49,530 nucleotides of DNA from Escherichia phage grams. Below are positions 46,801 to 49,530 of this stretch, piece by piece (the first letter of the stretch is position 1; each line of letters opens with the position of its first letter). The stretch lies in the sequence record NC_049825.1; one strand, given 5' to 3'. Made by a program: the position numbers and the translations under genes. Below the pieces are notes generated by a model. That model did no database searches. It was not told the DNA's origin and saw nothing but the letters and a program-made list of their open reading frames with translations.

Positions 46801-47006
46801 GGCCACATATGGCTTTCGTTTGTGAGTTTTTCATATTCGCGAACTTCAAATTCGCACTTATCACCGTACATCTCCGCGACTTTCTTCTCGTTCTCTACCG
46901 CTGATTCCTCGGTCCATCCATCAGCTTTGCTGTAAAGAGTTGGAATCTCACTGCTAGTACCGTTGGAGTGATTATAAACGCGAACTACTAAAAATTTGTT
47001 AGCCAT
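46791..47006 (-). CDS. hypothetical protein (71 aa)
   Basis: ORF downstream of motif promoter 47044..47089. Confidence 0.5.
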   Translation of the reverse strand: MANKFLVVRVYNHSNGTSSEIPTLYSKADGWTEESAVENEKKVAEMYGDKCEFEVREYEKLTNESHMWPDA

Positions 47007-47043
47007 GATGTTTTCCTTCTGGTCGTTTCGTTTCGATGAAACA

Positions 47044-47089
47044 AATATACCCGATACGAGATCGGGTGTTTTAACAAAAAGTGCTATTC
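47044..47089 (-). promoter_or_regulatory. conserved 22-bp element plus -10 (TATATT), leftward
   Basis: GAATAGCACTTTTTGTTAAAAC-N18-TATATT; spacer CCCGAT...ATCGGG dyad. Confidence 0.55.
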
Positions 47090-47204
47090 AATACGCTTTA
47101 CAGTAACCAACAAAACGCCGTCATCATCACACAAATTATGCTCTGATATATCAAACGCTCGCATGTCAGAATGAATGAGCGTTAACATTGCGTGCATGAA
47201 GTCG

Positions 47205-47597
47205 TCATGTGAGATTGAACTTACGGCGCAGAACTTCAATATTTTGTCTATTAGCATTTGACGTAAACAATTCTTCATCGCTCATTTCTCCGATCCGTAA
47301 AACATCCCTTACCCATTCGTTTTGCATACCTTCCAGGCTGTAAAGTTCAAACGAGAAAGGGCGATTTGCTGATCCTTTCTTACACCAGAACTTTCCACCA
47401 ACTCCATCAAGATAACCAGCGGTCATCATTCTTGCGCAAAATTCTTTTGAAACGGCAGTTGCAAACGTCCTCGGAGTAAATCCTGCGGCCCTTGCGAGCC
47501 GCTCACATTCTCTGTGCTGAAAGATAAATTTTGCTATATGTTGACGTGTAAACCACTCGAATGACTCACACCAGCGATACAGATCCAGAAGAAACAT
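47205..47597 (-). CDS. hypothetical protein (130 aa)
   Basis: ORF; start overlaps stop of upstream gene. Confidence 0.5.
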   Translation of the reverse strand: MFLLDLYRWCESFEWFTRQHIAKFIFQHRECERLARAAGFTPRTFATAVSKEFCARMMTAGYLDGVGGKFWCKKGSANRPFSFELYSLEGMQNEWVRDVLRIGEMSDEELFTSNANRQNIEVLRRKFNLT

Positions 47598-47599
47598 AA

Positions 47600-49183
47600 T
47601 TACCCTAGCAATGTTGGATTTACGAAAACAACACCATTAATTACACAAATATAATTTCTTTCCTCAAGCATCGGAAGCAGTTGCGTTTCCATGCGCTTCA
47701 TTACTCCAGCCTGGCCAACAAAAGGCTTAACTTTTCGTGCAGCCTCGTATATTGCGCGCACATTCAAGATCCCCTTGTTAGCCTTACCGTGTCGAGTGAT
47801 GATCTCGATTAGTTTACCCATTTCAGCATCATCACCAGCATAGCCAGAAGCGTTGGCGGCGCTAATGTATGTTTTGCTCAACTCGCTAAACATCAGCAGT
47901 GCTTCCTGAACGGTTTCAACCTCAATCTCTTTCGACTTCTGAGGGTATCCACCAGGATTAAACCAATTGCGGATAGTGTGCAAAACCGAAGCAATCCTTA
48001 TCACCTGCTTATCCATTTTGCCAAGCGCGCCGCGCAGCATTGTATGCGAATACTTTCCTCCATCGGCAAGGTGCGGCTCCATCTCCTGACGAGCCATGTT
48101 AAGCACTCGCATTGCTGATTTGCTGATCTTAAGCTGGATGTTTGATTCGCTCATTATGTTATGGATCAGCTTAAAATATTGGCTTTTCAGTTCTCCATCA
48201 ACAGGTTCATAAGTCGAATCACCGTTATCATCAACAAATTTTCGACGACCTAAAAATGATTCTTCACGCACAAGCAAATAACGTTCACTCACACCGATAC
48301 CGCGCGATCCTGCATCCATGATGGCATTAATTGTTTCATCCTGAGCAATTACTGCCATACAGCCAAGAGCTTTAAAACTCATGTTATTGTCTGCGTTTGC
48401 GCGAGCTATAGAAACATGACCGTGATCCCATGCTTTTAGCACAAGTTCGCTGTTTGTTTTGCGTTCGCTATTGGCATATGTCAGACCTAAAAGGCTGTTA
48501 ATACTCGTTGCCTCGTCTGAAATTACAGCAAAGTTACCCTGGCGATTGTTGATTCTTGCAAGTCCTTCAGGCGTGGTGTCTGAAACAGGGAAAACAATGT
48601 CACACATCTTTTCCAGCTTTTCTTCAAGATCTTCTTTCTCCTGGTATAGCGATTCCATATCAGCACCAGATCGCTCGCTCTTCATCTCTTTTGCAAGACC
48701 TGCCAACTTTGCCTGAATCTTTTTCCGCTCCTTCTTTCGCTGATCATTAATCCTTTCCACTTCAGCAACCATAGGAGCAAGAGCCAGGCTGTTAACGGCA
48801 GATTTACCAGTTGAAGGAGGCTGGCTTGTGACAACATAAAGAGCGGTTGGCTGATCCGTTCCGTGATACTCAACCGTGAATCGCCCAAGCATTGCAGCAG
48901 ACACACAGCCGATAAAATGCATATATGCCGATGATTCAGGGAATTGAACAGATCGAGCAATGTTTCGCGCCAACTTTCCAACAACATCAACATCATTGCC
49001 AAGAGAAATTACAGGGTAGCGATCGTTTCCGTTATTAACATCATTAACCTCACCCCAAAAGCTGGACGATTGACGGTATCCGTTAGCCTGAATGGACACG
49101 CGCACCGGAGACAATCCTTGTGCATCAGCTAATTCGATAATTTGTTTTGGTGTTAGTTTATTGGTTTCAAACGAAAAATTCAT
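47600..49183 (-). CDS. P-loop ATPase, replication-associated candidate
   Basis: ATG at 49183 with RBS AAAAGGAG; Walker A-like SQPPSTGKS and Walker B-like VISDE. Confidence 0.55.
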   Translation of the reverse strand: MNFSFETNKLTPKQIIELADAQGLSPVRVSIQANGYRQSSSFWGEVNDVNNGNDRYPVISLGNDVDVVGKLARNIARSVQFPESSAYMHFIGCVSAAMLGRFTVEYHGTDQPTALYVVTSQPPSTGKSAVNSLALAPMVAEVERINDQRKKERKKIQAKLAGLAKEMKSERSGADMESLYQEKEDLEEKLEKMCDIVFPVSDTTPEGLARINNRQGNFAVISDEATSINSLLGLTYANSERKTNSELVLKAWDHGHVSIARANADNNMSFKALGCMAVIAQDETINAIMDAGSRGIGVSERYLLVREESFLGRRKFVDDNGDSTYEPVDGELKSQYFKLIHNIMSESNIQLKISKSAMRVLNMARQEMEPHLADGGKYSHTMLRGALGKMDKQVIRIASVLHTIRNWFNPGGYPQKSKEIEVETVQEALLMFSELSKTYISAANASGYAGDDAEMGKLIEIITRHGKANKGILNVRAIYEAARKVKPFVGQAGVMKRMETQLLPMLEERNYICVINGVVFVNPTLLG

Positions 49184-49210
49184 TGATGATAACTCCTTTT
49201 TGATGCGGCA

Positions 49211-49256
49211 ATAATACCGCACCAATGCTACCCGCATTTAACAAAAAATGCTATTT
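49211..49256 (-). promoter_or_regulatory. conserved element (variant) plus -10 (TATTAT), leftward
   Basis: AAATAGCATTTTTTGTTAAATG-N18-TATTAT; ATGCGG/CCGCAT dyad flanks spacer and -10. Confidence 0.5.
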
Positions 49257-49472
49257 TATCCGCTCTATGCTAACTAAGATTTTTTCTGGTTCCTTTGCAC
49301 TATGGCAATGCGCGGTTACAGAATCAACAAAATCAAAGTAAAGTGATTTGTGATATGAGAATCCAATCAGCCATCCAACCATTGTTTTCTTTATTGGCCT
49401 GACTATATCGCCAGGCTTAAAGGTTTTTGTTGCTGAATAAGTCACCTTATAGCGATATTCAGTCTTGATCAC
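49251..49472 (-). CDS. hypothetical protein (73 aa), GTG start
   Basis: GTG start overlapping stop of upstream fragment (GTGA); stop TAG inside conserved element. Confidence 0.4.
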   Translation of the reverse strand: MIKTEYRYKVTYSATKTFKPGDIVRPIKKTMVGWLIGFSYHKSLYFDFVDSVTAHCHSAKEPEKILVSIERIK

Positions 49473-49530
49473 TTATACATAGCCTCAAACAAATGGCAGC
49501 CACCAGCGGAAAATCCTACTTCTTCGCGGT
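49470..49530 (-). CDS. C-terminal fragment of gene entering from right edge (likely same gene as 1..325)
   Basis: Open frame ...REEVGFSAGGCHLFEAMYK stop; frame continuous with 1..325 if ends are joined. Confidence 0.4.

Noticed and set aside
47084-47278. Minus-strand ORF 47084..47278 overlapping the end of gene 47205..47597
   Set aside because: Its upstream part overlaps the neighbouring gene in another frame and no candidate ATG downstream of that gene's stop has a Shine-Dalgarno sequence. Its stop codon does lie inside a conserved element, so a short coupled ORF (about 37 aa from ATG 47197) is not excluded.
357-49256. Possibility that the repeated 22-bp element is a CRISPR array or a phage-polymerase (T7-type) promoter
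   Set aside because: Copies are dispersed over the whole genome at irregular spacing and in both orientations, not a repeat-spacer array. No single-subunit RNA polymerase gene is present, and each copy is paired with a host-type -10 hexamer.
1-49530. Lysogeny module (integrase, CI-type repressor, attachment site)
   Set aside because: No integrase- or recombinase-like ORF seen; the only HTH regulator sits in the replication module. Gene content fits a virulent T1-like phage.

Overview
This window looks like an essentially complete genome (about 49.5 kb) of a T1-like siphovirus (Drexlerviridae-type) infecting an enterobacterial host, linearised at an arbitrary point. All calls rest on reading the six-frame translations and the DNA by eye; no database search was run. 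The incomplete gene at the left edge (1..325, minus) continues in frame into the 3' fragment at the right edge (49470..49530), which is why I think the two ends join. Layout: a leftward accessory block (3050 down to 1, continuing from 49530 down to 46791) with a C5-cytosine methyltransferase and a P-loop ATPase; a rightward block of small early genes (3787..11244); the packaging, head and tail genes (11325..31931) with a -1 frameshift in the tail chaperone; a Cor-like lipoprotein on the minus strand; a recombination module (exonuclease, Erf, SSB); a leftward block with a tail fibre and primase; then helicase, VRR-NUC nuclease, Dam methyltransferase and a lysis cassette (holin, SAR endolysin, unimolecular spanin). 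No integrase, tRNA or CRISPR array was seen. The most striking feature is a family of about 17 copies of a 22-bp element (consensus AAATAGCACTTTTTGTTAAAAC) that sits 17-18 bp upstream of a -10-like hexamer in most copies, usually overlapping the stop codon of the preceding gene. Two diverged copies of an AT-rich non-coding region of about 0.4-0.65 kb (3135..3786 and 32268..32692) each carry a canonical sigma70 promoter and an IHF-like site. Other candidates are a promoter-to-terminator unit that may encode a small RNA (10467..10620) and a glycine-rich, cysteine-clustered protein downstream of the tail fibre.
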